Shown here one piece after another: positions 8,898 to 17,604 of a stretch of 64,000 nt of DNA; positions within the stretch are counted from its first letter, which is position 1; each line of letters begins with the position of its first letter. The stretch spans positions 17,491-81,490 of the forward strand of contig JAPPGP010000141.1 of the NCBI GenBank assembly GCA_028821395.1. Reading direction: 5' to 3'. The notes beneath the pieces were generated by a model, which did no database searches, had not been told where the DNA came from, and worked only from the letters and a program-made list of their open reading frames with translations. Both the position numbers and the translations under genes were made by a program. This stretch comes from Defluviicoccus sp. (lineage in GTDB: Bacteria; Pseudomonadota; Alphaproteobacteria; MPNO01).

Positions 8898-10097
8898 ATG
8901 GACGCGCAACCGGACCGCTCCTTTGCGGGTCTCAGGCAGGCGGCGATCGACCTGCTGCCGGCGATCGAGGCCGATGCCGACGAAGCCGAGCGGCTCTACC
9001 ACCAGACCGACCGGGTGGCCGAGGCGATGCGGGCGCAGGGGCTCTACTCCTTCCTGATCCCCAAGGCGGCCGGCGGGGCGGAGCTTCCCTTCGTCGAGGC
9101 GATGGAGATCGTCGAGCTGGTCTCCCGCGTCGAGGGCTCGGCCGGCTGGTGCCTGATGGTCAACGGCGTGATGGGCGCATCCGCCGGCCCGTTCCTGCCC
9201 GACGCGGGGGTGGAGATCGTCTACCCCGGCGGCCGCAACTCCACGATGGCCGGGCAGGGGGTGCCGCGTGGCTATGCGCGCGAGGCGGATGGCGGCTACG
9301 TGATCTGGGGCAATTGGGGGTATGCGAGCGGCATCCAGCACGCCGACTGGGTGCATTCGGGTTGCTTCCTCACGGACGGCGGCGAGATGCGCATCGACGA
9401 GCACGGCCACCCCGACATCGTGCTCTGCCATCACCCCAAGGACACGATCGAGCTCACCGGCAACTGGGACGTGCACGGGCTCAGGGGCACCGGCAGCTTC
9501 GACTACACGCTGAAGGAGGACGAGCTCTTCGTGCCGGCGGCGTGCTGCTACAAGTTCGACAACCCGACCCAGCGGCGCGGCGGGCCGCAATACGGCGCCG
9601 GTCTGGTGGCCTCGACCACCTGGGGCCACACCAGCTGGGCGCTCGGCGTCGGCAGGCGCGCGCTCGACGAGATCGCGGCGCTCGCGCGCAGCCGCGTCGA
9701 CGCCTTCGGCCGCATGCAGGACGGGGCGGGCTTCCAGCACGCCTATGGCGAGGCCGAGGCGAAGTACCGCGCCGCCCGCGCCCTGGTCTACCAGGCCTGG
9801 GAGGACCTGTCGGAGAGCTTCGCCCGCAACCGCCAGGGCAGTATCGAGCAGATCGCCCTGATCCGGCTCGCCATGCGCCACATCCACGACGTGATCTCCG
9901 ATCTCTCGACCTTCGCCCACCGCGCCTCGCGCGGGGTGTCGCTCAGGCGGAGCGACTTGCAGCGCTGCTACCGCGACATCCACTCGGGCACCCAGCACAT
10001 CCTGCTCGCCGACGAGATCGCCCAGGCCTGCGGCAAGGTGCTGATGGGCGCCGCCGGCGAGGACGCGCAGTGGAACGTGCTCGGCCTCAGCGAGTGA
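8898..10097 (+). CDS. acyl-CoA-dehydrogenase-fold flavin-dependent monooxygenase (oxygenase component of a two-component system, predicted)
   Basis: 399-aa ORF. N-terminal LYHQTDRVAEAMRAQGLYSFLIPKAAGGAELPF and a C-terminal helical domain, as in HsaA/DszC/GraA-like ACAD type-2 proteins. GGGAGG RBS upstream. Confidence 0.75.
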   Translation: MDAQPDRSFAGLRQAAIDLLPAIEADADEAERLYHQTDRVAEAMRAQGLYSFLIPKAAGGAELPFVEAMEIVELVSRVEGSAGWCLMVNGVMGASAGPFLPDAGVEIVYPGGRNSTMAGQGVPRGYAREADGGYVIWGNWGYASGIQHADWVHSGCFLTDGGEMRIDEHGHPDIVLCHHPKDTIELTGNWDVHGLRGTGSFDYTLKEDELFVPAACCYKFDNPTQRRGGPQYGAGLVASTTWGHTSWALGVGRRALDEIAALARSRVDAFGRMQDGAGFQHAYGEAEAKYRAARALVYQAWEDLSESFARNRQGSIEQIALIRLAMRHIHDVISDLSTFAHRASRGVSLRRSDLQRCYRDIHSGTQHILLADEIAQACGKVLMGAAGEDAQWNVLGLSE

Positions 10098-10639
10098 GCC
10101 GGCACAGCCCCATCGTCGGGCGCCTCGTCGCCAGGGCGTGGTCGGACCCTGTCTTCGCCGACCGGCTGGTCGCCGATGCGACGGCGATGCTGGGCTCACT
10201 CGGCATCGCCCTGCCGGCGGGAAAGACCGTGGCTGCGGTCCAGAACACCGATACCGTCACCCACCTCGTCCTGCCGTCGCCGCGCTACGCCGAGACGGCG
10301 TCCCCCTACGCCGAGATCAAGGCGTTCGGCGAGACCTATGGCGATCCGCGCTACGCCCCGCTCGACTGGATCTCGCGCGACCCGGTGTTCATGGCGCGGT
10401 TCGAGGCCGCTCCCGCGCCGATGCTGCGAAGCTGGGGGATCGTCGTGGCGGACGGCATAACAATCTCCACGGTCCGCAACACGCCCGCGCGGGTCTGGCT
10501 GGTCCTGCCCGTCCCGCCCGGCGCCGGCGACCTGACGGACGAGTTGCTCGACGAGATTGCCGCCGGGTGGTTGCCGCCGGCGCTCCGCTACGTCTCCATC
10601 GAGGGGAAGGTGCGGCTCGATCGGTTCGCGCGGCGATGA
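10094..10639 (+). CDS. tandem nitrile-hydratase-alpha/NHLP-like repeat protein, Cys-free (function unknown)
   Basis: In-frame GTG at 10094 overlaps the upstream stop (GTGA), and its own stop overlaps the next ATG (ATGA). 181 aa. Two copies of the NHase-alpha/NHLP signature: ARAWSDPVFADRLVADATAMLGSLGIALPAGKTVAAVQNTDTVTHLVLP and DWISRDPVFMARFEAAPAPMLRSWGIVVADGITISTVRNTPARVWLVLP. No CTLCSC metal motif and no Cys at all. Confidence 0.6.
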   Translation: MSRHSPIVGRLVARAWSDPVFADRLVADATAMLGSLGIALPAGKTVAAVQNTDTVTHLVLPSPRYAETASPYAEIKAFGETYGDPRYAPLDWISRDPVFMARFEAAPAPMLRSWGIVVADGITISTVRNTPARVWLVLPVPPGAGDLTDELLDEIAAGWLPPALRYVSIEGKVRLDRFARR

Positions 10640-11391
10640 CGGAACACGCGATGGAAACCGTCGTCTACGGCTACGTCCACGGCGCATCGCTGCTCGCCGA
10701 CATCGCCCGGCCGGAGGCGGAGGGCAGGCTGCCCGTCGTCCTCTCGATCCATGGCGGGCGCTGGTATTTCGGGACGCGGCACGACACCGGCGCCATCGAT
10801 GTCCGGCAATGGGCCGGTTTCGGGTTCTTCGCGATGAGCATCGACTACCGGCTGGTCACCTGCTCGCCGGCGCCGGCGGCGTACCAGGACGTGCTCTGCG
10901 CAATCCGCTGGGTCCACGCCAATGCCGACAGATACGGCCTCGACCCGGGCAGGATCTTTCTCATCGGCATGTCGTCCGGCGGGCATCTCGCCTCGCTCGC
11001 GGCGACGCTCGGCGAGGGCCGATTTCCCAAGACCGGCGGCTGGGACGACTACCCCGCGAGCTTCCGGGCCGCGGTCTCGGTGTCGGGCGCCTACGATATC
11101 GTGAGCCTCGACTGGGGCGCGGGCTGGGCGCCGCCCGGCGAGCCCTTCCCGGACGCGCGCGAATACGCCTCCCCCATCCGCCATGTGGCGCCCGACAACG
11201 CGCCGCAGCTCATCCTCCATTCGGACGACGACCCCTCGATCCCCATCGAGCAGGTGCTGCGCATGGCCGATGCGCTGGAGGCGGCGGGCGCGCCCTATCG
11301 CTTCCGCCGCTACGCCGACCGCGGCCACATGTTCATCACCGACGAGGTGATCGCCGAGGCGCGCGACTTCATCGCCGAGCACACGGGCTAG
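10636..11391 (+). CDS. alpha/beta hydrolase (esterase/lipase-like)
   Basis: 251 aa from an internal ATG of the 10138 ORF. Oxyanion motif LSIHGGRW, nucleophile elbow GMSSGGH, C-terminal HSDDDPSIP...RGHMF. Confidence 0.8.
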   Translation: MTEHAMETVVYGYVHGASLLADIARPEAEGRLPVVLSIHGGRWYFGTRHDTGAIDVRQWAGFGFFAMSIDYRLVTCSPAPAAYQDVLCAIRWVHANADRYGLDPGRIFLIGMSSGGHLASLAATLGEGRFPKTGGWDDYPASFRAAVSVSGAYDIVSLDWGAGWAPPGEPFPDAREYASPIRHVAPDNAPQLILHSDDDPSIPIEQVLRMADALEAAGAPYRFRRYADRGHMFITDEVIAEARDFIAEHTG

Positions 11392-11403
11392 CCCCGCCCG
11401 CTG

Positions 11404-11419
11404 TGGACAGCGCGCGGCC
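11404..11419 (+). promoter_or_regulatory. conserved upstream motif TGGACAGCGCGCGGCC (copy 2 of 2)
   Basis: See 8835-8852. This copy has GG-N10-GC spacing compatible with a sigma-54 -24/-12 element, but the flanking bases match the consensus poorly. Confidence 0.3.
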
Positions 11420-11461
11420 CGCAGATCACAGTGTGGCCGCACTGCCCGACCCGGAGGATCC

Positions 11462-11863
11462 ATGCCCCAGACCATCCGCAAATCCGTCATGGCGCTGGTC
11501 GCCGAGGCCGACGCCCAGGTCGACAAGCTGGAAGTCGACGACGCGCTCGCGCTGCACGGCAAGGACGACGTGGTGTTCGTCGACCTCCGCGATATAAGGG
11601 AACTCGCGAAGACCGGCCGGATCGCCGGCGCGCGGCATGTCCCGCGCGGCATGCTGGAGTTCTGGATCGACCCCGAGAGCCCCTATCACAAGCCGTTCTT
11701 CGCCGAGGACAGGACCTTCGTGTTCTACTGCGCCGGCGCCTGGCGGTCGGCGCTGGCGGCCAAGACCGCCGACGACATGGGGCTCGCCCCGGTCGCCCAT
11801 CTCGCGGGCGGCATCCAGGCCTGGATCGACGCCGGCGGTCCGATCGACCCGCCGAAGAGCTGA
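11462..11863 (+). CDS. rhodanese-domain sulfurtransferase
   Basis: 133-aa ORF. Active-site loop FYCAGAWRSALAA (CxxxxxR), a single rhodanese domain, GGAGG RBS. Confidence 0.85.
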   Translation: MPQTIRKSVMALVAEADAQVDKLEVDDALALHGKDDVVFVDLRDIRELAKTGRIAGARHVPRGMLEFWIDPESPYHKPFFAEDRTFVFYCAGAWRSALAAKTADDMGLAPVAHLAGGIQAWIDAGGPIDPPKS

Positions 11864-11871
11864 AGCGGTCC

Positions 11872-12948
11872 ATGGAATTCGGCATCTTCTCCAACGGCAT
11901 CCGGCCGCATACCAGCGCCGCCCGGACCTATGACGAGGACATCCGCGAGATCGTGCTTGCCGACAGGCTCGGCTTCGGCGTCGCGTATATCAGCGAGCAT
12001 CACGGCGAGCCGCCCTATATCGGCCGCATCGACACCATCCCCGCGCCCGATCTGATGATGTGCAAGGCGGCCGGGCTCACCAGCCGCATCCGCATGGGCG
12101 CGGCGGTGAAGCTGATCCACCTGCACCACCCCGTCGACGTGGCGATCCAGGCGGCGGTGACCGACCACCTGACCGGCGGGCGCTACATCTTCGGCTTCGG
12201 CTCCGGCTTCCCGCTGCCGCTGTTCTCGGAAGAGCGCGGGCTGAGCTTCGAGGACCGCCACGAGCGCTTGCATGAGGCCCTCGACTTCGTCCTGAAATGC
12301 TGGGCGACCGACGAGCCCTTCGACTGGGACGGCAGGTACTGGCGGGGGAGAGGCGTGGTCGCGCTGCCCAAGCCCTTCGCCGGCCGGGGCATGCCGATGG
12401 CGACGGCGACCGACTCGGAGGACATGCTCGGCATCGCCGGGGCGCGCGGCTACACGCTGATCTCCGCCTTTCTCGAATCGGCGGAGCGCTTGAAGCCGAA
12501 GGCCGACCTCTACGCGGCGGCGGCAGAGGCGGCCGGCTTGCGCGACTCCCGCCGCAACATCGCGGCGTCCCGCATCGTCTACATCGCCGACAGCGAGCGC
12601 CAGGCGATCGAGGACCTGCGCCCCGCCGTGACGCACGAGATCGGCTTCCAGGCCGAGCGCGGCTTCCTCAGGATGCTCGACAAGGTCTATGGCCTCCACG
12701 TTCCCAACAACGAGCACGGCATCGAGGCGCTGGTCGAGGCCGGGTTCTACTTTCTGGGCGACGCCGATTCGGTCGCCGAGAAGATCGCGCGGTTCCACGA
12801 CGGGTCGGGCGGCTTCGGCACCTTCCTGATCGTCACCGGCAAGGATTGGGCGACCCGCGCGCATCGCGAGCGCTCGATGCGGCTGTTCATGGAGCGGGTC
12901 GCGCCGCAGCTCCGCCACCTGGCGCCCGCCGAGCCCGCGCCGGCCTGA
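11872..12948 (+). CDS. LLM-class (luciferase-like) flavin-dependent oxidoreductase
   Basis: 358 aa from the in-frame ATG at 11872. MEFGIFSNG...YISEHHGEP...GGRYIFGFGSG is typical of bacterial luciferase-like monooxygenases. Confidence 0.85.
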   Translation: MEFGIFSNGIRPHTSAARTYDEDIREIVLADRLGFGVAYISEHHGEPPYIGRIDTIPAPDLMMCKAAGLTSRIRMGAAVKLIHLHHPVDVAIQAAVTDHLTGGRYIFGFGSGFPLPLFSEERGLSFEDRHERLHEALDFVLKCWATDEPFDWDGRYWRGRGVVALPKPFAGRGMPMATATDSEDMLGIAGARGYTLISAFLESAERLKPKADLYAAAAEAAGLRDSRRNIAASRIVYIADSERQAIEDLRPAVTHEIGFQAERGFLRMLDKVYGLHVPNNEHGIEALVEAGFYFLGDADSVAEKIARFHDGSGGFGTFLIVTGKDWATRAHRERSMRLFMERVAPQLRHLAPAEPAPA

Positions 12949-12951
12949 CCG

Positions 12952-15249
12952 ATGGCGCAGCGCCTGATCGGCGAACGCATCCCGCGCCGGGAAGACCGCC
13001 GGCTGCTGACCGGCGGGGGCCGTTTCAGCGACGACGTTAATGCCCTCGGACAGGCCCATGCAGCGTTCCTGCGCTCGCCGCACGCCCATGCCGATATCCG
13101 GGGGATCGATTGCGCCGGGGCCGCGACCTTGCCGGGCGTGCTCGCGGTGCTGACCGGGCGGGACTACGCGGCGGACGGGCTTTTGCCGCTGCTCCAGTTC
13201 CACACCCCGGTCGACCACCTCGATCCCACCCGGCCGGGGCTGACGGAAGAGCAGCTTTCGCCGCTGCCCGGGCCGCCGCCGATCGCTGCCGACCGGGTGC
13301 GCCATGTCGGCCAGATCGTGGCCGTCGCGGTGGCCGAGACGAGCGCGGCCGCGCTCGATGCGCTGGAGCGGATCGCTGTCGACTACGAGCCCCTGAAGGC
13401 GGTGACCGACGCGCTCGCCGCCGCGGGGCCCGACGCGCCCCGGCTGTGGGACGGCGGCAATGTCTGCCTCCGCGCCGAGGCGGGCGACGCCCGGGCGTGC
13501 GAGGCGGCATTCCGGGCGGCCCGCCGCACCGTCTGGCTCGTGCTGCACAACCACCGGATCTACGGCTGCCCGATGGAGCCCAAATCCGCGCTCGGCGAGT
13601 TCGATCCCGGGTCGGGACGCTATACGCTGCATGTGCCGAGCCAGGGCGTCCACCGCTTCCAGCGCTCGATCGCCGCCGCCTTCGGCGTCGGCCGGGAGCG
13701 CGTCCGCATCGTCTCCGGCGATGTCGGCGGCGGCTACGGCGTGCGGTCGGCCTGCGGCAACGAGTATCCGCTGCTGCTCTGGGCGGCGCGGCGCGCGGCC
13801 CGCCCGGTCAAGTGGACCGCGAGCCGGGGCGAGACCTTCCTCTCCGACTACCACGCGCGCGACATCCGCACCGAAGGCGCGCTGGCGCTCGACGCCGAGG
13901 GCAGGATCGCGGGGCTCAGGATCGACTATCTCGGCAATGTCGGGGCGTACCCGATCTCCTTCGCGGTCCTCTCCAACCTGCTCAAGATGGCCGGGCCGCC
14001 GTACGACATCCCGGCGATGCACGTCACGGTGCAGGGCGTGTTCACCAACACCATCCCGGTCTCGGTCTATCGCGGCGCCGGGCGGCCGGAGGTGACGCAG
14101 ATCGTCGAGCGCCTGATCGACCTCGCCGCCGACGAGGCGGGGATGGACCGGGCGGCGCTGCGCCGGCGCAACCTGATCGCCCCGTCCGCGCTGCCCTACC
14201 GCTCCGGGCTCGGGCTCGACTATGACTCGGGTGCGTTCGGCGAGAATTTCGAGGCGGCGCTGCGGGACATCGACTGGGACGGTTTCCCGGCCAGGCGCGA
14301 AGCCGCTTCCGCGCGCGGCAGGCGGGCCGGGATCGGCGCCGTCGCCTATCTCGAATCGCCCGGCGCCGCGCCCTATGAGCGGACCGATGTCGCGGTCCGG
14401 CCGGACGGCAGGGTCGAGGCGGCGATCGGCACCCAGGCCTCCGGCCAGGGGCACGAGACCAGCTTCGCCCAGGTGGTCGCGGAGACGCTGGAGATTCCCA
14501 TAGAGAGCGTCGGGATCGTGTTCGGCGACACCGACCGGGCGGTCGACGGCTCGGGCTCCCACGCCGACCGGTCAATGCGGCTCGGCGGCACCATACTCTA
14601 CCGGGCCGCGCGGCGGATCGTGGACGAGGGGCGCGAGGCGGCGGCGCGCGTCCTGGAGGCCGCCACCGCCGATATCGGCTATGCCGGGGGCCGGTTCACC
14701 GTGCTCGGCACCGACCGTTCCATCGGGCTGTTCGATCTCGCCGCCGAGGCGCCGCTCGCCGCCACCGAGGAGGTCGCGTCCCGGCTGCACGCCCACCCCA
14801 ACGGCGCGGCGGCCTGCGAGGTCGAGATCGACCCCGAGACCGGGGCTCTGTCCGTGATCCGCTACGCCACCGTCGACGATGTCGGGCGCGTCATCAACCC
14901 GGCGATCGTCGAGGGCCAGGTGCATGGCGGCATCGCCCAGGGCATCGGCCAAGCGCTGTTCGAACGCACCGTCCACGACCCTGCCTCCGGGCAGCTACTC
15001 ACCGGCTCGCTCATGGATTACTGCCTGCCGCGCGCCGACGACCTGCCATCGTTCTCGGGAACCGTCGACGGGCGTCCGACGGAGAGCAACCCGCTCGGCG
15101 TCAAGGGGGCGGGCGAGACCGGAACCACCCCGGCGACGGCGGCGATCCTGAGCGCCGCCACCGACGCGCTCCGCGAGTACGGCGTGGCGCATCTTGAAAT
15201 GCCGCTGACCCCGGAGCGCATCTGGCGCGCGATCCGGGCCGCGGGCTGA
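12952..15249 (+). CDS. xanthine dehydrogenase/CO-dehydrogenase family molybdopterin-binding large subunit
   Basis: 765-aa ORF. N-terminal IPRREDRRLLTGGGRFSDDV, a SVYRGAGRPE active-site-loop region and C-terminal NPLGVKGAGETGT. No adjacent FeS or FAD subunit genes. Confidence 0.9.
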   Translation: MAQRLIGERIPRREDRRLLTGGGRFSDDVNALGQAHAAFLRSPHAHADIRGIDCAGAATLPGVLAVLTGRDYAADGLLPLLQFHTPVDHLDPTRPGLTEEQLSPLPGPPPIAADRVRHVGQIVAVAVAETSAAALDALERIAVDYEPLKAVTDALAAAGPDAPRLWDGGNVCLRAEAGDARACEAAFRAARRTVWLVLHNHRIYGCPMEPKSALGEFDPGSGRYTLHVPSQGVHRFQRSIAAAFGVGRERVRIVSGDVGGGYGVRSACGNEYPLLLWAARRAARPVKWTASRGETFLSDYHARDIRTEGALALDAEGRIAGLRIDYLGNVGAYPISFAVLSNLLKMAGPPYDIPAMHVTVQGVFTNTIPVSVYRGAGRPEVTQIVERLIDLAADEAGMDRAALRRRNLIAPSALPYRSGLGLDYDSGAFGENFEAALRDIDWDGFPARREAASARGRRAGIGAVAYLESPGAAPYERTDVAVRPDGRVEAAIGTQASGQGHETSFAQVVAETLEIPIESVGIVFGDTDRAVDGSGSHADRSMRLGGTILYRAARRIVDEGREAAARVLEAATADIGYAGGRFTVLGTDRSIGLFDLAAEAPLAATEEVASRLHAHPNGAAACEVEIDPETGALSVIRYATVDDVGRVINPAIVEGQVHGGIAQGIGQALFERTVHDPASGQLLTGSLMDYCLPRADDLPSFSGTVDGRPTESNPLGVKGAGETGTTPATAAILSAATDALREYGVAHLEMPLTPERIWRAIRAAG

Positions 15250-15257
15250 CTCTCCCT

Positions 15258-16238
15258 TTACTCCCCGATCTTGAACAGCCGGACCGCGTTGGTGCGGCCG
15301 ATCTTGCGCCGGTCGGCCTCCGAGATCGTCACCTCGTCGAACCACTTCGCCCCGCCGTCGACGTTTTCGAACGGCCAATCGACGGAGAACATGATGCGGT
15401 CCGACCCCAGCTCCAGCATGGTGTCCACCAGGCTCTGGGTGCGGAAATTGCCGGAGGTCGTGATGTAAAAGTTCTCCTGCAGGTACTCGGCGAGCTTGCG
15501 CTTGGCCGGGTAGGCGGGGGGCGCGTTGGTCCAGCTGTTGCGGTTGTCGCAGCGCCAGATGCTGAACGGCAGGCCCTCGCCCATATGCCCGAGCACGATC
15601 TGGATGCCGGGGTGTTCGTCGAACAGGCCGGATGCCATGAGCCGCAGCGCATGCACGGCGGTCTCCTGGCCGAACGCCCAGGTCGGGCCGAGCAGCCAGG
15701 GATGGCCCTCGTAGATCTGCGCCATGCTGGGCAGCGGGTTGCGCGGATGCAGGTAGAACGGCGCGTCGAGCGCCTCGACCGTGGCCCAGAAATCGCGGTA
15801 TTGGGGCAGGTCGTAATAGACCGCCGTGTCGGGCTCGTCGACCTGGGAAAAGCCGTTCACGTTGGCGCCCACGAAGCCGAGCTCCGTCACGCAGCGCTCC
15901 AGCTCCCGCGCCGCGGCGCCGGGGTCCTGCATCGGCAGCGCGGCGAAGCCGAGGAACCGGTCGGGGCGCTTGGCGACCGCCTCCGCAAGGAAGTCGTTCG
16001 CTTTCCCGGCGAGCGCGACGGCCTCGGCGCGGTCGTGGATACCCTGAATCGCCGGCGCGTTGAGCGACAGGATCATGATCTCGATCCCGTGCGCGTCCAT
16101 CTCCCGGACGCGCCGGTCGTGGATGTCCAAGAGCCGGCCGCTTAGCTCCTCCCAGGTATCCGGCGGCAGGTAGCCCGCCGAGTCGCTCAACGTATCCTGG
16201 ATCGCGAAATGCTCCTCGAGCGCGATCTTGCCGTCCAT
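15258..16238 (-). CDS. amidohydrolase_2 family non-oxidative decarboxylase (gamma-resorcylate / 2,3-dihydroxybenzoate / ACMSD type)
   Basis: 326-aa ORF. MDGKIALEEHFAI...MDAHGIEIMILSLNAPAIQ closely follows my recollection of the N-terminus of gamma-resorcylate decarboxylases. Confidence 0.85.
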   Translation of the reverse strand: MDGKIALEEHFAIQDTLSDSAGYLPPDTWEELSGRLLDIHDRRVREMDAHGIEIMILSLNAPAIQGIHDRAEAVALAGKANDFLAEAVAKRPDRFLGFAALPMQDPGAAARELERCVTELGFVGANVNGFSQVDEPDTAVYYDLPQYRDFWATVEALDAPFYLHPRNPLPSMAQIYEGHPWLLGPTWAFGQETAVHALRLMASGLFDEHPGIQIVLGHMGEGLPFSIWRCDNRNSWTNAPPAYPAKRKLAEYLQENFYITTSGNFRTQSLVDTMLELGSDRIMFSVDWPFENVDGGAKWFDEVTISEADRRKIGRTNAVRLFKIGE

Positions 16239-16279
16239 CCTTCTTCCCTCCGTGCCTGTGCCGCGGAATCGGCCCGAAT

Positions 16280-17584
16280 ATGCACGAATTGCCGGGTCGA
16301 AAGAACGCCGGGCGCTTGACCTCGGCGAGCGCGCGGCGGATCGTTCGAGGACGCCCTTCGAGGAGCAGGAACTTGGCGACGCGACAGTCAGTCTTCCAGC
16401 CCATACCCGACCGCGACGAGATCAACGCCCGCATAGCGGCGATGCTGCCCTTGGTGCGCGAGAACGCGCTCGCCGGCGAGCGCGACCGCAAGATCGCCGA
16501 CGAGGTGATCGAGGCGTTCAAGGACACCGGCATCCACCTCGCTTTGCAGCCCCGGCGCTATGGCGGCTGGGAGCACGGCTACGAGACGGTGATCGACGTG
16601 AGTTCGGCGCTGGGCGCCGCCTGCGCCTCGACCGCCTGGGTGTGCGGTCTCTACATGATCCACAACTGGGCGCTCACCCTGTTCCCCGAGGAGTTCCAGG
16701 ACGAGATCTGGAGCGAGTCCCGAGCGGTCGCCATTTCGGGGTCCTACGCGCCGGCCGGAACCGCGACCGCGGTGGATGGCGGGTTTCGTCTCTCCGGACG
16801 GTTCAGGTTTTCCAGCGGCTGCCCGCATGCCGACTGGAATTTGTGCGGCGCCTCGCTCCCGACCGCCTCGGGCGACGGAACGGCGCCCGCCTTCGTCCTG
16901 ATCCCCAGCAGCGACTATCGCATCGACTGGGAGAGCTGGGACAATGTCGGCCTCGCCGCGACCGGGAGCTACGACGTGCTGGTCGACGATGCGTTCGTGC
17001 CGGCGCGCCGCGTGCTCCCCTTCGCCGCGGCGATGGCGGGGAACGCGCCCGGGCTGCCGGCGCACGACAACCCGATCTACCGCATCCCCATGCTGGCCTG
17101 CGTGCCCTACGCGCTGGCGGTGCCGCCGGTGGGCGCCGCGCGGGGCGCCATCGACCTGTTCGTCGACCAGAACCGCGCCCGCCAGACCCGCGGCGCCGTG
17201 ATCGCCGGCGGCAACAGGGTCTCGGACTACCAGACCGTCCAGAAACGCGTGGGCGAGGCCGAGGCGCTGGTCGATTCCTGCCTCGTCGTCGCCTATCGCG
17301 ATATCGCCGAGACCCAGCAGGAGGCCGCCGCCAACGGCGCGGTGTCCCTGGAGACCCGCATGCGCAACCGGCGCAGCCAGTCCTTCATGACCCATCAGGC
17401 GGTGGCCGCGATCGACCTGATCCTCGCCGCCGCCGGCGGGCGGTCGATGCAGGCAAGCCACCCCATCCCGCGCGCCTGGCGGGACATCCACAGCGCGGCG
17501 GCGCATATCAGCCTCAACCACGACGCGGTAATGTCGATGATCGGCCAGTACCGCTTCGGGCTGGAGCCGCACGGCCAGTATTGA
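16280..17584 (+). CDS. acyl-CoA-dehydrogenase-fold flavin-dependent monooxygenase (second paralog)
   Basis: 434-aa ORF. ...ERDRKIADEVIEAFKDTGIHLALQPRRYGGWEHGY..., HsaA/GraA-like. The true start is probably downstream of 16280; the first ~35 codons are Arg-rich and there is no clear RBS. Confidence 0.75.
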   Translation: MHELPGRKNAGRLTSASARRIVRGRPSRSRNLATRQSVFQPIPDRDEINARIAAMLPLVRENALAGERDRKIADEVIEAFKDTGIHLALQPRRYGGWEHGYETVIDVSSALGAACASTAWVCGLYMIHNWALTLFPEEFQDEIWSESRAVAISGSYAPAGTATAVDGGFRLSGRFRFSSGCPHADWNLCGASLPTASGDGTAPAFVLIPSSDYRIDWESWDNVGLAATGSYDVLVDDAFVPARRVLPFAAAMAGNAPGLPAHDNPIYRIPMLACVPYALAVPPVGAARGAIDLFVDQNRARQTRGAVIAGGNRVSDYQTVQKRVGEAEALVDSCLVVAYRDIAETQQEAAANGAVSLETRMRNRRSQSFMTHQAVAAIDLILAAAGGRSMQASHPIPRAWRDIHSAAAHISLNHDAVMSMIGQYRFGLEPHGQY

Positions 17585-17604
17585 CGCGCTGCCGGGCTCT
17601 CCCT

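Noticed and set aside
7689-10199. 836-aa minus-strand ORF, and similar very long ORFs at 7808-10639 (+), 11725-14562 (-), 16228-20469 (+), 20551-22980 (-), 27737-30127 (-), 33123-35180 (+), 36096-38387 (+), 53761-55068 (-) and 61582-63813 (-).
   Set aside because: Their translations are Arg/Pro/Gly/Asp-rich, low-complexity and without recognisable domains. They lie antisense to, or out of frame with, genes that have clear family signatures. These are typical shadow ORFs of very GC-rich DNA. Only specific in-frame terminal segments of 7808-10639 and 16228-20469 were kept as genes.
10094-10639. Interpretation of the NHLP-like protein as a genuine RiPP precursor peptide.
   Set aside because: There is no Gly-Gly leader cleavage motif, no Cys/Ser/Thr-rich core, no cysteines at all, and no cyclodehydratase, radical-SAM, lanthionine synthetase or peptidase-domain ABC exporter genes nearby. 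It is kept only as an NHase-alpha-like protein of unknown function.
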